A stretch of DNA of 64,000 nucleotides from an uncultured SAR86 cluster bacterium (GCA_902531245.1 CACADH010000005.1:11732-75731), one strand, 5' to 3'. Counted from the first letter of the stretch, positions 10,228 through 20,188 are shown. Numbers and translations: made by a program. Notes: generated from the sequence alone by a model not told the origin.

Positions 10228-11622
10228 ATGGAAAATGACTATAAAGTAGCCGATATAAATCTTGCTGAATTTGGAAGAAGAGAAATCTCTCTTGCTGAGA
10301 ATGAAATGCCAGCATTAATGGCTTTAAGAGATAAATACAGAGCAGAACAGCCTCTTGCTGGAGCTAAAATCATGGGCTGCATTCACATGACAATCCAAAC
10401 TGCTGTTTTAATGGAAACATTAATAGATCTAGGAGCAGAATTGAGATGGTCTTCTTGTAATATTTTTTCAACCCAAGATCATGCTGCCGCAGCTATGGCG
10501 GCAAAAGGTATTCCTGTTTTTGCCTGGAAAGGTGAAACTGATGAAGAATATGAGTGGTGTATTGAACAAACAATATGCAAAGATGGAAGTCCATGGGATG
10601 CAAATATGATTCTTGATGATGGGAGTGATCTTACATCAATGGTTCATGCAAAATTTCCAGATATGTTAGAAACTATTCATGGTGTATCTGAAGAAACTAC
10701 CACAGGGGTCCATAGGTTAAAAGAAATGCTTGAGAAAGGTGAGCTAAAGGTTCCTGCGATTAATGTAAATGATTCAGTTACTAAAGCAAAAAATGATAAT
10801 AAGTATGGTTGTAGGCATAGTCTTAATGATGCGCTTAAAAGAGGAACTGACATGCTTCTTTCTGGAAAGAAAGGGCTTGTAATTGGTTATGGTGATGTTG
10901 GCAAAGGTTCTGCAGCGAGTTTAGCTCAAGAAGGAATGATCGTTAGTGTTGTTGAATCTGATCCCATCTGTGCGATGCAAGCTTGTATGGATGGTTTTTC
11001 AGTTGTTTCTTGCTATAAAGATGGGATTGTTACAAGAGACCCTAAAGACATAAATATGGCTGTTATGGGCGATACTGATCTAGTAGTAACAACAACTGGT
11101 AATGTGAATGTTTGTGATTCTGCAATGATTAGTACTCTTAAAAATACTGCGGTGGTATGTAATATTGGTCATTTTGATAATGAAATTGATACAGCCTTCA
11201 TGAGAGAGAATTACTATTGGGATGAAATTAAGCCACAAGTTCATAGAGTATTTAGAGATACTGCACCAGATGGAACTCCTGATCTTTCCAGTAAAAACTA
11301 CATAATCTTACTTGCTGAAGGAAGGCTGGTTAATTTAGGAAATGCAACAGGGCATCCAAGTAGAATTATGGATGGTTCTTTTGCCAATCAGGTTCTTGCA
11401 CAAATACATTTATATAAACAAGGCTTTGCTAATGTAAATGATGCGGATAAAAGAGCTGAAATGATAACTGTTGAAGTTCTTCCGAAAAAATTAGATGAAG
11501 AGGTTGCAAGTTTAATGGTTGAAGGTTTTGGTGGAACTGTAACAAAGCTTACTCAGGATCAAGCAGACTATATTAATGTTCCTCAAGATGGGCCTTTCAA
11601 AGAAGAAAGTTATAAATATTAA
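10228..11622 (+). CDS. ahcY: adenosylhomocysteinase
   Basis: 464 aa with [27 protein letters not shown], an NAD-binding GYGDVGKG motif and a C-terminal YKY. Confidence 0.95.
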   Translation: MENDYKVADINLAEFGRREISLAENEMPALMALRDKYRAEQPLAGAKIMGCIHMTIQTAVLMETLIDLGAELRWSSCNIFSTQDHAAAAMAAKGIPVFAWKGETDEEYEWCIEQTICKDGSPWDANMILDDGSDLTSMVHAKFPDMLETIHGVSEETTTGVHRLKEMLEKGELKVPAINVNDSVTKAKNDNKYGCRHSLNDALKRGTDMLLSGKKGLVIGYGDVGKGSAASLAQEGMIVSVVESDPICAMQACMDGFSVVSCYKDGIVTRDPKDINMAVMGDTDLVVTTTGNVNVCDSAMISTLKNTAVVCNIGHFDNEIDTAFMRENYYWDEIKPQVHRVFRDTAPDGTPDLSSKNYIILLAEGRLVNLGNATGHPSRIMDGSFANQVLAQIHLYKQGFANVNDADKRAEMITVEVLPKKLDEEVASLMVEGFGGTVTKLTQDQADYINVPQDGPFKEESYKY

Positions 11623-11667
11623 AATATAAAGTTCAAATTATGGGCATTTATGCTCATAATATGGGCT

Positions 11668-11754
11668 GTGAATATCTATAAAAAAATCTTAGTCTTTTCT
11701 ATTTTGATTTTTCTCTATGGTTGTGGGGTTAAAGGACCCATAATCTTTTACTAG
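11668..11754 (+). CDS. lptM: small lipoprotein, LptM/YifL (LppL)-like
   Basis: Absent from the ORF track. GTG 11668 gives MNIYKKILVFSILIFLYGCGVKGPIIFY*. The lipobox LYGC followed by G-x-KGP resembles the YifL/LppL mini-lipoprotein that precedes lysA-dapF in gammaproteobacteria. An in-frame ATG at 11650 is an alternative start. Confidence 0.5.
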   Translation: MNIYKKILVFSILIFLYGCGVKGPIIFY

Positions 11755-11766
11755 TCTGAGATAAAA

Positions 11767-13005
11767 ATGGACTATTTTGCATATAAAAATAAGAATCTTT
11801 ATTGTGAGGACGTTAATCTTCAAGAAATAGTTGAAGAATATGGAACTCCAACTTATGTCTATTCAAAAAAAACTATAGAGAGGCATGTGGATGTATATAA
11901 AAAAGCTTTTAAACTGCATAAAAACCTTATTTGTTTTTCAGTTAAATCTTTAAGCAATATTTCAATACTTGATCTAATAAATAAAAATGGTTGTGGTTTT
12001 GATGTTGTTTCAGGAGGGGAGCTGAAAAGAGCGTTGCATGCTGGGGCTGATCCTAAAAAAATAATTTTTAGTGGAGTTGGTAAATCTCATGATGAAATTC
12101 GTTTGGGCATTAAATATGAAATTCTATCTTTTAACATTGAATCAGAATCTGAAATAAACAGAATTGAGGAAATAGCGTCATCTCAAAATAAAATTGCAAA
12201 TGTTGCCATAAGGTTTAATCCAGAAGTTGATTCTGGCGGTCATGAATATATAAAAACTGGAAGAAAAGGAGATAAGTTTGGAATATCCTCAGAAGAGTCT
12301 GTATTAAAAATAGCTGAATATATTTATAAATCAAATCATCTAAAGCTTGTTGGTATAGCATGTCATATTGGATCTCAAATATTAGATCTTCAGAGCTACA
12401 AACTAACAGCAAAAAATATTAAAGACCTCTCATTTAAAATTAAGGATTTAGGTAACGAATTAGATTTTCTAGATCTAGGTGGAGGACTTGGAATTCCATA
12501 TGAACAAGATGAGACTCCCTCACCTCAAGATTTAATTTCAATAATTCAAGAAGAATTAAAAGACATAGAAGAAAGAATTATCCTTGAACCAGGTAGAAGT
12601 ATTTCTGGAAATGCTGGAATATTACTTACAAAAGTTGAATACTTAAAAGATGACTTCCTTATAGTGGATGCTGCTATGAATGATCTTTTAAGGCCCGCAT
12701 TATATAAAGCCAAACATGATGTATGGAGTTTAAAAAAAGATGATGCTAACTCTAAAGCCATGACAATAGCTGGTCCAGTATGTGAATCATCAGATATTAT
12801 CGCAAAAGACATTCATACTAATGCTGGAGAGGGAGATATACTTGCAATTAAAACAGCTGGTGCATATGGATTTGTAATGTCTTCGAACTATAACTCTAGA
12901 ATGCGTTCAGCTGAGGTGCTCGTAGATGGAAAAGAATTTAATATAATACGAACAAGGGAAACATTTAAAGATCTGATTAAAAATGAGATAGGTCTAAATG
13001 ATTGA
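11767..13005 (+). CDS. lysA: diaminopimelate decarboxylase
   Basis: 412 aa with YGTPTYVYS, a PLP-Lys region (FSVKS), GGGLGIPY and a CESSD motif. Confidence 0.93.
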   Translation: MDYFAYKNKNLYCEDVNLQEIVEEYGTPTYVYSKKTIERHVDVYKKAFKLHKNLICFSVKSLSNISILDLINKNGCGFDVVSGGELKRALHAGADPKKIIFSGVGKSHDEIRLGIKYEILSFNIESESEINRIEEIASSQNKIANVAIRFNPEVDSGGHEYIKTGRKGDKFGISSEESVLKIAEYIYKSNHLKLVGIACHIGSQILDLQSYKLTAKNIKDLSFKIKDLGNELDFLDLGGGLGIPYEQDETPSPQDLISIIQEELKDIEERIILEPGRSISGNAGILLTKVEYLKDDFLIVDAAMNDLLRPALYKAKHDVWSLKKDDANSKAMTIAGPVCESSDIIAKDIHTNAGEGDILAIKTAGAYGFVMSSNYNSRMRSAEVLVDGKEFNIIRTRETFKDLIKNEIGLND

Positions 13006-13780
13006 TTTCGAAAAATGGCATGGCAATGGAAATGATTTTGTAATTATTAATTCAATTGAAGCCAAAACGAAGATAAGTAAAAACTTAATAACAAAAATAT
13101 CTGATCGAAATAAAGGAATTGGTTTTGACCAGCTTATAAATATCTGCCTTCCAACAAAGGATGATAAAGATTTTTTTATTAAATTTTTTAATGCTGATGG
13201 TTCGGAAGCCGGAATGTGTCTTAATGGTATTAGATGTGCATCAAGTTATATATGGAATAATGAATTTGCTCCAAAGAAAGCAATTAATATACAAACAAAA
13301 TCTAAAAATATTATTTGTACACCTGAAAAAAATAATATGGTCAGAGTTGCAATAGATTTTCCAGAAACTTTTGAAGGAAATAATCTTGATGCTAAAGTTA
13401 AAAATAAAATTAATGACGATTTTTTTATATTGAACGCAGGAAATAATCATCTTTGTATAAAAAAAGAATCTATAGAAAAAGTTAATTTAAATAAAATATA
13501 TAAAAAGCTAGAAGCCATCATTAAAAAATCAGAAATAAATTTATCAATTTTTAAAAAAAAAGATGGTCTGATTAATATAAGAACATATGAAAATGGTGTT
13601 GGAGAAACTTTATCATGTGGCTCAGCCTCATTATGTGTAGCTTCAAATTTCTTGTCTAAAGATGGTTTATCGGTGAAGACTAAGTCAATGGGTGGAGAAT
13701 TAGTCTTTAAAAAAACTGAAAATGTTATATTAATGTCAGGTCCAGCAAGTTATATATATAAGGGTTATATCAATGAGTAA
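12998..13780 (+). CDS. dapF: diaminopimelate epimerase
   Basis: 260 aa with KWHGNGNDF, NADGSEAGMCLNGIRC (first catalytic Cys) and GETLSCGSAS (second Cys). Confidence 0.9.
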   Translation: MIDFEKWHGNGNDFVIINSIEAKTKISKNLITKISDRNKGIGFDQLINICLPTKDDKDFFIKFFNADGSEAGMCLNGIRCASSYIWNNEFAPKKAINIQTKSKNIICTPEKNNMVRVAIDFPETFEGNNLDAKVKNKINDDFFILNAGNNHLCIKKESIEKVNLNKIYKKLEAIIKKSEINLSIFKKKDGLINIRTYENGVGETLSCGSASLCVASNFLSKDGLSVKTKSMGGELVFKKTENVILMSGPASYIYKGYINE

Positions 13781-14393
13781 AAAGTTAGATTCTAAAGAAG
13801 TAGAGCTATTCTTATTAGACAATCTAGATTTTTTTGAGGCTAGAGAGTCTTTAGTAAGTGAAATGAGTTTCAAACATTCATCAAGCTCCGCTTCATCTAT
13901 TCTTGAAAGACAGGTTAATAAATTAAGAGAAGATCATAAAAGTCTTATAAATATGCTTACTTCCTTTATGGAAACAGCATCTATTAATGAAGATCTTTTT
14001 AATAAGTCAAAAAATTTAACCCTTCAAATACTTGAATCAAGCACAAAAAAACAAATTATTGACAAGGTAGAAAACAGTTTTAATAAAGACTTTAAAGTAG
14101 ATAAGCCTTTGCTTAAATTTTATAAAAATAAAAAAATTGATGAGCTTGAAAAATCAACAGGGCTCTCTTTACATAAAGGGGCTATTTATTGTGGTTCTTT
14201 ATCATCTGAAAAGATGAATGTTCTTTTTAATGATAAGAAAATTGGATCAATGGTCGTTGCTGTTATAGTCGTGGGTGACGAAGTAGGCCTACTAATGCTT
14301 GGTAGTTTTGATAGATCAAAATATCTTGGAGATGAAGATACTACTTTTATTGAATATATTAGAGATGTTTTGGAGAAAAAATTAGCAAAATAA
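13773..14393 (+). CDS. DUF484 family protein (YigA-like)
   Basis: 206 aa. The N-terminal VELFLLDNLDFF resembles the YigA start. Its position between dapF and xerC is the conserved one. Confidence 0.7.
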   Translation: MSKKLDSKEVELFLLDNLDFFEARESLVSEMSFKHSSSSASSILERQVNKLREDHKSLINMLTSFMETASINEDLFNKSKNLTLQILESSTKKQIIDKVENSFNKDFKVDKPLLKFYKNKKIDELEKSTGLSLHKGAIYCGSLSSEKMNVLFNDKKIGSMVVAVIVVGDEVGLLMLGSFDRSKYLGDEDTTFIEYIRDVLEKKLAK

Positions 14394-14396
14394 TTT

Positions 14397-15293
14397 ATGA
14401 ACAATAATTCATTTATTCTTAACGATATAAAAGAATACTTGGTATTTGTGTCACAAGTTAAGAATCTTTCTGAAAATACTTCTAAGTCTTATGAAAGGGA
14501 CTTAAAAAAACTTGATTCATTTCTAAAAGATTTAAATATATCAAATTATTCACAAATTAATTCTGAAACTTGTTCTGCATGGATAGGAAGTCTATATTCT
14601 CAGAATAATAATCCTAGGAGCATCCAAAGACACTTATCATCAGCAAAAGGGTTTTTCAGATTTTTAAAAAAAAATAATCTAATAGATTCCTCACCTTTTG
14701 ATTTAGTTACAGCTCCTAAATCTTCTAGCAACTTACCAGAGGTTTTGTCACCAGAAGATGTTGAGCAACTCTTAAATTTTAAGCCAACAAATATGATAGA
14801 GATTAGGGACATGGCAATTGTAGAGCTTATGTATTCATCAGGATTAAGAGTTTCAGAAACAGTAAATATAAATATAAATGATTTTGAAGAGGATAAATCT
14901 TTCTTACGCGTTCTTGGAAAAGGTGCAAAAACTAGATTGGTTCCAATGGGTAGGTTTGCAATAAATGCAATTAATAATTGGTTAAAAGAAAGGGATAAGC
15001 TCCAAAGCAATACGGATGCTCTTTTTTTAAATGTTAAAGGAACAAGATTAACTGTAAGGAGTATTCAATTAAGGCTTAAAAAAATGGCTGTTAAACAAGG
15101 ACTTCCTCCGATTCATCCTCATATGCTAAGACATAGTTTTGCAACTCACATGCTTGAATCAAGTGGCGACCTCAGAACAATTCAAGAACTATTAGGTCAC
15201 AGCTCTTTATCCACAACACAAATTTATACTAAATTAGATTATCAACATCTTGCAAAGATTTATGATCAATCTCACCCTAGGGCTAAAAAATGA
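14397..15293 (+). CDS. xerC: site-specific tyrosine recombinase XerC
   Basis: 298 aa with an ARTR-type region, HPHMLRHSFATHML and LGHSSLSTTQIYT. The dapF-yigA-xerC-yigB synteny matches E. coli. Confidence 0.85.
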   Translation: MNNNSFILNDIKEYLVFVSQVKNLSENTSKSYERDLKKLDSFLKDLNISNYSQINSETCSAWIGSLYSQNNNPRSIQRHLSSAKGFFRFLKKNNLIDSSPFDLVTAPKSSSNLPEVLSPEDVEQLLNFKPTNMIEIRDMAIVELMYSSGLRVSETVNININDFEEDKSFLRVLGKGAKTRLVPMGRFAINAINNWLKERDKLQSNTDALFLNVKGTRLTVRSIQLRLKKMAVKQGLPPIHPHMLRHSFATHMLESSGDLRTIQELLGHSSLSTTQIYTKLDYQHLAKIYDQSHPRAKK

Positions 15294-15997
15294 TTAAGCA
15301 AATCAAAATGATAACTTTTGATCTTGATGATACCCTTTGGGACAACTATCCAACCATCATGAAAGCTGAAGTTGATACCAGAGAATGGATTGAAAATAAA
15401 GTTGGAGAAGTTGAATGGGGAGATTTTAATGACTTCATAAATCTTCGTGCTGATCTAATTAGAGAAGATGAAACTATAGAATGGGATATAAGTAAACTTA
15501 GAAAAGAGATTTTTAGAAAAAAACTTAGTCATGTCACTCCAGAGAATCTTAGAAACGAAATTGTAGATAAAGCTTTCGACATCTTCATTGAGAAAAGACA
15601 TGAAATCAAATTGTTTGATGGAGTTAAAGAGTCTATAAAGAACTTGTCAGAAAAATATATTTTAGGAATTCTAACTAATGGCAATGCAGATGTGTATAAG
15701 TTTGATATAGGTAAGTATTTTAAGTTTTCTATAAGTTCTCTTGAGGCAAAAGATAGCAAGCCAAATCGTGCTCACTTTGACATGGCAATTTCACGAGTCA
15801 ATAATATTTCATTCGATAATATTCTTCATATTGGCGACCATCAAATTAATGATATTTTTTGTGCATATAATCTTGGCATAGATACACTATGGTTTAATAA
15901 TAATAATGTTAGTTGGGCTCAAGATTTTAAAAAACCTGATGAATTTTCTTCTTGGCACGATTTGGAACAAATTATAAGAAATAAATATGAACGATAA
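15290..15997 (+). CDS. HAD-superfamily hydrolase, YigB-like
   Basis: 235 aa with HAD motif I ITFDLDDTLWDN and the later motifs LTNGN and IGDHQINDI. It follows xerC as yigB does in E. coli. Confidence 0.7.
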   Translation: MIKQIKMITFDLDDTLWDNYPTIMKAEVDTREWIENKVGEVEWGDFNDFINLRADLIREDETIEWDISKLRKEIFRKKLSHVTPENLRNEIVDKAFDIFIEKRHEIKLFDGVKESIKNLSEKYILGILTNGNADVYKFDIGKYFKFSISSLEAKDSKPNRAHFDMAISRVNNISFDNILHIGDHQINDIFCAYNLGIDTLWFNNNNVSWAQDFKKPDEFSSWHDLEQIIRNKYER

Positions 15998-16217
15998 AAA
16001 TCTTTCGGAAGCAATCAAAAATATTATTGAAAAAGAGCTTAAAGCTATTAGTAAATTATTACCTAAAGAAATTATTTCTAATATAGAAAGTAAAATATCC
16101 CCGCAAGTTGAAAAAATAATTGATCAAAGTGGGTATATAAAGAAGTCAAAATATAAAAACCTTGAGAAAATAATTAATGAGCTTGAGAATAGAATTTCTG
16201 AACTAGAAAAGAACTAA
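15987..16217 (+). CDS. ubiK: UbiK/YqiC-like coiled-coil accessory factor (putative)
   Basis: 76 aa. The C-terminal ..LEKIINELENRISELEKN resembles the UbiK ..LEQRISELENR coiled coil. The assignment is by eye only. Confidence 0.45.
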   Translation: MNDKNLSEAIKNIIEKELKAISKLLPKEIISNIESKISPQVEKIIDQSGYIKKSKYKNLEKIINELENRISELEKN

Positions 16218-16801
16218 AGTTGGCTTAAGTAAGTATCGATTCTTTCAGGGTTCATTACAAAACTTTGTTTAAGCTTAGTTGATGCTTCTTTAATTTCATC
16301 TAGGTTTACAGCTTCGCCAACCTGAATAACCCCAATCATCGCCATCATTACGTGAGGATCACATTGATAAACATATACGCCTTCTGTATCAAGGGTGACG
16401 CTAATATCCATATTCATTTGACCAGTCCAATCTTCAGCTCCTTCTGGAACCATTCCATCAATGGAAGCAGAATTATGAGACATATCTACAGCTTTAAAAT
16501 TAATTGTATCTCCTAAAGAAACTTTTATTACAGCTGGTTCAAATATCATTTGTCCGCCTTCACCTGAATTCAACATTTTTATAGTATGTTCAGAACCTTC
16601 AGATAACTCTACTTTTTTAACCTCAATCGAAGCTGAGGCCATAACTTGAGTCGCTTGAGAAGCACTTCCACAATCTTGTCCTTCCAAACATAGTTTTACA
16701 GGTACAGACAATCTATCTATAACTGCTTCTTCATACTTCTTTCCATTAAAAAGAACTAAGAACAATAAAGGAAGTATTAGTAAAAATTTTCTATCAATCA
16801 T
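16214..16801 (-). CDS. pseudoazurin-type blue copper protein with N-terminal extension
   Basis: 195 aa with a signal-like N-terminus. The cupredoxin ligand pattern is ..SHN.. plus YQCDPHVMMAMIGVIQVG (C-x2-H-x4-M). Confidence 0.7.
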   Translation of the reverse strand: MIDRKFLLILPLLFLVLFNGKKYEEAVIDRLSVPVKLCLEGQDCGSASQATQVMASASIEVKKVELSEGSEHTIKMLNSGEGGQMIFEPAVIKVSLGDTINFKAVDMSHNSASIDGMVPEGAEDWTGQMNMDISVTLDTEGVYVYQCDPHVMMAMIGVIQVGEAVNLDEIKEASTKLKQSFVMNPERIDTYLSQL

Positions 16802-16805
16802 ATTT

Positions 16806-17429
16806 TTAAGAATTAGGTCTTTGCAGCTCTACGACGTGATCTACAACTTTTAATAACTTTTCATAAGAACCTTTTGGTTCAATTATATATTTACCATCAA
16901 CAATTATCATTGGTACTGATGAAACTTTAAGCTGCCTTGCATGCTTGATTGCCCTATTAACTTGCTGTTTAACAGTAAAGGAATTTAGATATTGCGATGA
17001 AACCTCTGGAGCTACTCCAAATTTTTCTAAAAAATCTTGAATAGTATTTGGATTTTGTAAAAAATTACCTTCTTTATGAATAGTTACAAAAACAGCATTA
17101 TGTGTAGATGGGTCTAGTTTTAATGCCTCAATTGTGAAATACAAAGAAGCGTGGAGTTGATGAATACCTCCCCACGTAACAGGTATTTTGGATAGCTTTA
17201 CATCATCTGTTTGTCTTGATTCCCATGCGTTAATTACAGGATCAAATTGATAGCAAGCATTGCATCCATACCAAAACGTTTCAGAAACCTCAACAACACC
17301 ATCTCTTTTGACAGGCAAAGGATTGTCGACAATCCGATAATCTACGCCAAGCCTAAATTCAGCATTAGTGAGTGCTGTAAAAGATATGACAAATATGAAA
17401 ATTAAACTATTCTTTATGTATTTTTTCAT
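16806..17429 (-). CDS. dsbA: thiol:disulfide interchange protein DsbA
   Basis: 207 aa with a signal peptide. FWYGCNACYQF aligns with the DsbA FFCPHCYQF active site, and there is a VPMIIVDGKY cis-Pro region. Confidence 0.8.
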   Translation of the reverse strand: MKKYIKNSLIFIFVISFTALTNAEFRLGVDYRIVDNPLPVKRDGVVEVSETFWYGCNACYQFDPVINAWESRQTDDVKLSKIPVTWGGIHQLHASLYFTIEALKLDPSTHNAVFVTIHKEGNFLQNPNTIQDFLEKFGVAPEVSSQYLNSFTVKQQVNRAIKHARQLKVSSVPMIIVDGKYIIEPKGSYEKLLKVVDHVVELQRPNS

Positions 17430-18091
17430 TGATATAACCCATGCATATAATTGGCCAAAGCATCTATTTCATAATCAGAAAGGTTTTCAGCAATTGACTG
17501 CATAATCTCTGAAGATTCTCCAGCATTTCTTTCTTTAGATCTATAAGCTTTCAGCGTTGATGTTAAATACCCAACTTGTTGTCCTGCTATAGAAGGATAG
17601 CCAGCTAAACTATTCCCTTCTCCGTAGACAGAATGGCAGGATGTACAAGCAGGTATTTGTTTTTTTATATTTCCAAATCTATATAGCTGTGTACCTAGTG
17701 TTAATAGCTCCTCATCATTTTTTGCCTGGCCGACGGTTGAATTATATTGAGAATAAAAAGCAGCAATATCTTTTAAGTCATTATCACTTAATGTCTGAAG
17801 GTAAGGAGTAACTGACATCATAAGAACGTTCATCCTATCTCCATCTCTAAAATATTTTAGTTGCTCATAAAGATATCTTTGATTCTGGCCTGAAAGTTTT
17901 GGCCAATCAGTACTAATACTATTTCCATCTACTCCATGACATGCTGCGCATGTTTCAACCAACAAAGATCCTTTATTTGCATTACCTGAAATAAAAGACT
18001 CTGGCATTTCTATTTCTTTAGTTTTATCATCAGCAGCACTTAATGCGCCAGCAAAGCTAAAGAAAATATAGAATATTAGAAAATACTTCAT
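17426..18091 (-). CDS. dihaem cytochrome c4
   Basis: Two CxxCH sites (CAACHG and CTSCHS) with downstream Met ligands. The ORF track starts at 18133, but the signal peptide MKYFLIFYIFFSFAGALSA begins at the ATG at 18091. Confidence 0.85.
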   Translation of the reverse strand: MKYFLIFYIFFSFAGALSAADDKTKEIEMPESFISGNANKGSLLVETCAACHGVDGNSISTDWPKLSGQNQRYLYEQLKYFRDGDRMNVLMMSVTPYLQTLSDNDLKDIAAFYSQYNSTVGQAKNDEELLTLGTQLYRFGNIKKQIPACTSCHSVYGEGNSLAGYPSIAGQQVGYLTSTLKAYRSKERNAGESSEIMQSIAENLSDYEIDALANYMHGLYQ

Positions 18092-18158
18092 TGAATATAA
18101 ATTGTGTGTCTTGTTGGTGTGTATTATAAACATAGGTTGATATGATATAAACGGTTAA

Positions 18159-18740
18159 ATGAAAAACCTTTTTAAAAATACAGAGTTTGTTTTTGGCGTT
18201 ACAAGCTATAGAAATCTTCCAGAAGATATTGGAAGCGAGGTTTTGCTTGCTGGTAGATCTAATGCTGGTAAATCTAGTGCACTTAATATACTGACTGATA
18301 ATCCAAAGCTAGCAAGAATCAGTAAAACTCCAGGCAGGACAACAGAAATTAATTTCTTTAAGGTAAATGAAGAGCTTATGCTGTTAGACCTTCCTGGATA
18401 TGGCTTTGCAAAATCTAGTAAAGCAAAAAAGAAAGATTGGGGCCCATTATTAGGAGAATATTTTCAAAAAAGAAGAGCTTTAACTGCTGTGGTAATATTT
18501 ATGGATATTCGTCACCCGCTTAAAGAAAATGATTGGGAGATGATTCACCTTTGTAGGAATTTTAATGTTCCTTTTATACCGGCTCTTACAAAAAGCGACA
18601 AACTATCAAATAATAATATAAACAAGGCAATTACCTTCACTAAAGATAAAATTCCTGAATCAAATCCCATTGCTATATCTACTAAAGATAAAAATGGTTT
18701 TGACAAGCTTTCCAAAGAAATAATAAACTTTGTAAAGTAA
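18159..18740 (+). CDS. engB: ribosome biogenesis GTPase EngB/YihA
   Basis: 193 aa with a G1 motif GRSNAGKSS, DLPGYG and TKSDK. Confidence 0.9.
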   Translation: MKNLFKNTEFVFGVTSYRNLPEDIGSEVLLAGRSNAGKSSALNILTDNPKLARISKTPGRTTEINFFKVNEELMLLDLPGYGFAKSSKAKKKDWGPLLGEYFQKRRALTAVVIFMDIRHPLKENDWEMIHLCRNFNVPFIPALTKSDKLSNNNINKAITFTKDKIPESNPIAISTKDKNGFDKLSKEIINFVK

Positions 18741-19243
18741 TGCTTGAATATCAAAAACAAAACTGTGATCTTACCTTACAAGAAGGATTAGAGTGTTACT
18801 ACGACTCTTTTCCTGAGACCACAGAAATATTTGGAGATAATAATGAGTCTGGAACCCTTCTTAGAGACCATGACTGTACACATGTAATTTTTGGGCTAGA
18901 TATTTCTATTGAGCAAGAGTCTATTCTTGATAGTTGGGTATTATGGGGAAGCAAATGGGAATTAAAATATTTATTAGGCTATCAAAAACTTCCACAGATA
19001 AAAAAACTTTATAAAGACTTAGTAAATGAAATAGGATATTTTGGATTCATTAAAATTCTATGGAAGCTTAGTGGTATTAAAAGAAAGGTCATATTTAGAA
19101 CCTTTAAGATGAAAAAGAAATGGCCATTTAAAATGCCCGAAGAGTATCTCTCAATGAAAATTTCGGATCTAAGAGAAATGCATGGTATTAAAGTTCTTCT
19201 TCCTGAAGAAATGATGTACATTCCATTAGAGAGAGTTCATTAA
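18740..19243 (+). CDS. hypothetical protein with COQ4-type HDxxH-x11-E motif
   Basis: 167 aa. The ATG overlaps the engB stop (TAATG). The sequence RDHDCTHVIFGLDISIEQES fits HDxxH(x)11E, the putative metal-ligand motif of the COQ4 family. The protein is shorter than typical COQ4 proteins. Confidence 0.35.
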   Translation: MLEYQKQNCDLTLQEGLECYYDSFPETTEIFGDNNESGTLLRDHDCTHVIFGLDISIEQESILDSWVLWGSKWELKYLLGYQKLPQIKKLYKDLVNEIGYFGFIKILWKLSGIKRKVIFRTFKMKKKWPFKMPEEYLSMKISDLREMHGIKVLLPEEMMYIPLERVH

Positions 19244-20185
19244 TTGAAAAGGGTTCTCTTCCTTATCTCAATATTGATTGTTATTCCAGGTTGCTTATAT
19301 CTCGCTCTTAACAGAGAAAATATTGATATAAATGAATTTAGGTTAAATTCTGGATATGAAGAAGTTAAGTTAAGTGATGGTATAACTTCTTATAAAGATA
19401 TTGGAGATAAAAATAACAAAGTTATTGTTTTGGTTCATGGTGCCACTTTTGGATCACTTGCATATGAAGAATATGTAGATGTCTTTATCGAAAATAACTA
19501 TAGAGTAATAACCTATGATCAATATGGCAGAGGATATTCAGATAGAATACACAGTGACGTAAGTATTGAACTTATGGAAAAACAACTAAAAGAACTGATT
19601 GAGCATTGTGAAGTTGAAGATGTAATATTATATGGTGTATCTTTTGGTGCTGCAGTTGTAGCTAAATATGCCTCAAATAACCCAAAAAACATTAGTTTTA
19701 TAGGCTATCAAGTTCCAGTTATTAATTCTGCAAATGTTCCTCTATTATCAATAGTAAAAATCCCTTTATACGGTGACTTATTATCTAGAGGTTTTTTAGT
19801 TCCTGGTGTTTTAAAAAGAATAGAAGAATATGAGGATTTAATGAGTAAAAAGCTATTAGATCATTACATTGGGCAATTTGAGGTCAAAGGAACTGAAAAA
19901 TTTTTTAAAAAATTCTTTTTAGGAAATGCTATGGGGAATAGGCTTAAAGACCATAGCATTATCGGAAATAAATCTATACCAAGCTATTTTGCCTATGCAG
20001 AAGATGATATAGAAATAGATTCACAACTTGTTGATGAAACAATTAAAAAATACCATAACCCAATAGTTAAAAAATATTCTGGCGGTCATTTTTTTTCCAC
20101 TGGGATAGAAAGAGAAGTAGCTCAGGAATTCATTGATAGTATGAAAAATAAAATACCTCCGCCAATAGAAAGGCATATAAATTAA
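19244..20185 (+). CDS. alpha/beta-fold hydrolase, probable lipoprotein
   Basis: 313 aa with a TTG start directly after the preceding stop. N-terminal MKRVLFLISILIVIPGC is lipobox-like. It has an HG oxyanion motif (VLVHGATFGS) and a nucleophile elbow GVSFG. Confidence 0.7.
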   Translation: MKRVLFLISILIVIPGCLYLALNRENIDINEFRLNSGYEEVKLSDGITSYKDIGDKNNKVIVLVHGATFGSLAYEEYVDVFIENNYRVITYDQYGRGYSDRIHSDVSIELMEKQLKELIEHCEVEDVILYGVSFGAAVVAKYASNNPKNISFIGYQVPVINSANVPLLSIVKIPLYGDLLSRGFLVPGVLKRIEEYEDLMSKKLLDHYIGQFEVKGTEKFFKKFFLGNAMGNRLKDHSIIGNKSIPSYFAYAEDDIEIDSQLVDETIKKYHNPIVKKYSGGHFFSTGIEREVAQEFIDSMKNKIPPPIERHIN

Positions 20186-20188
20186 CTA

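Noticed and set aside
11640-11657. Hairpin atgggca-ttta-tgctcat after ahcY as an intrinsic terminator
   Set aside because: It has only 7 bp including a G-T pair and no following T-run. It also overlaps the possible upstream start region of the lptM-like ORF.
15207-15215. Perfect DnaA box TTATCCACA
   Set aside because: It lies inside xerC, where it encodes the conserved ..SLSTTQIYT.. segment (tta tcc aca). It is isolated and far from any AT-rich non-coding region, so it is most likely coincidental.
14397-15293. Tyrosine recombinase as evidence of a mobile element or integron
   Set aside because: The dapF-DUF484-xerC-yigB synteny identifies it as the chromosomal dimer-resolution recombinase XerC. 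There are no flanking repeats, att-like sites or cargo genes.
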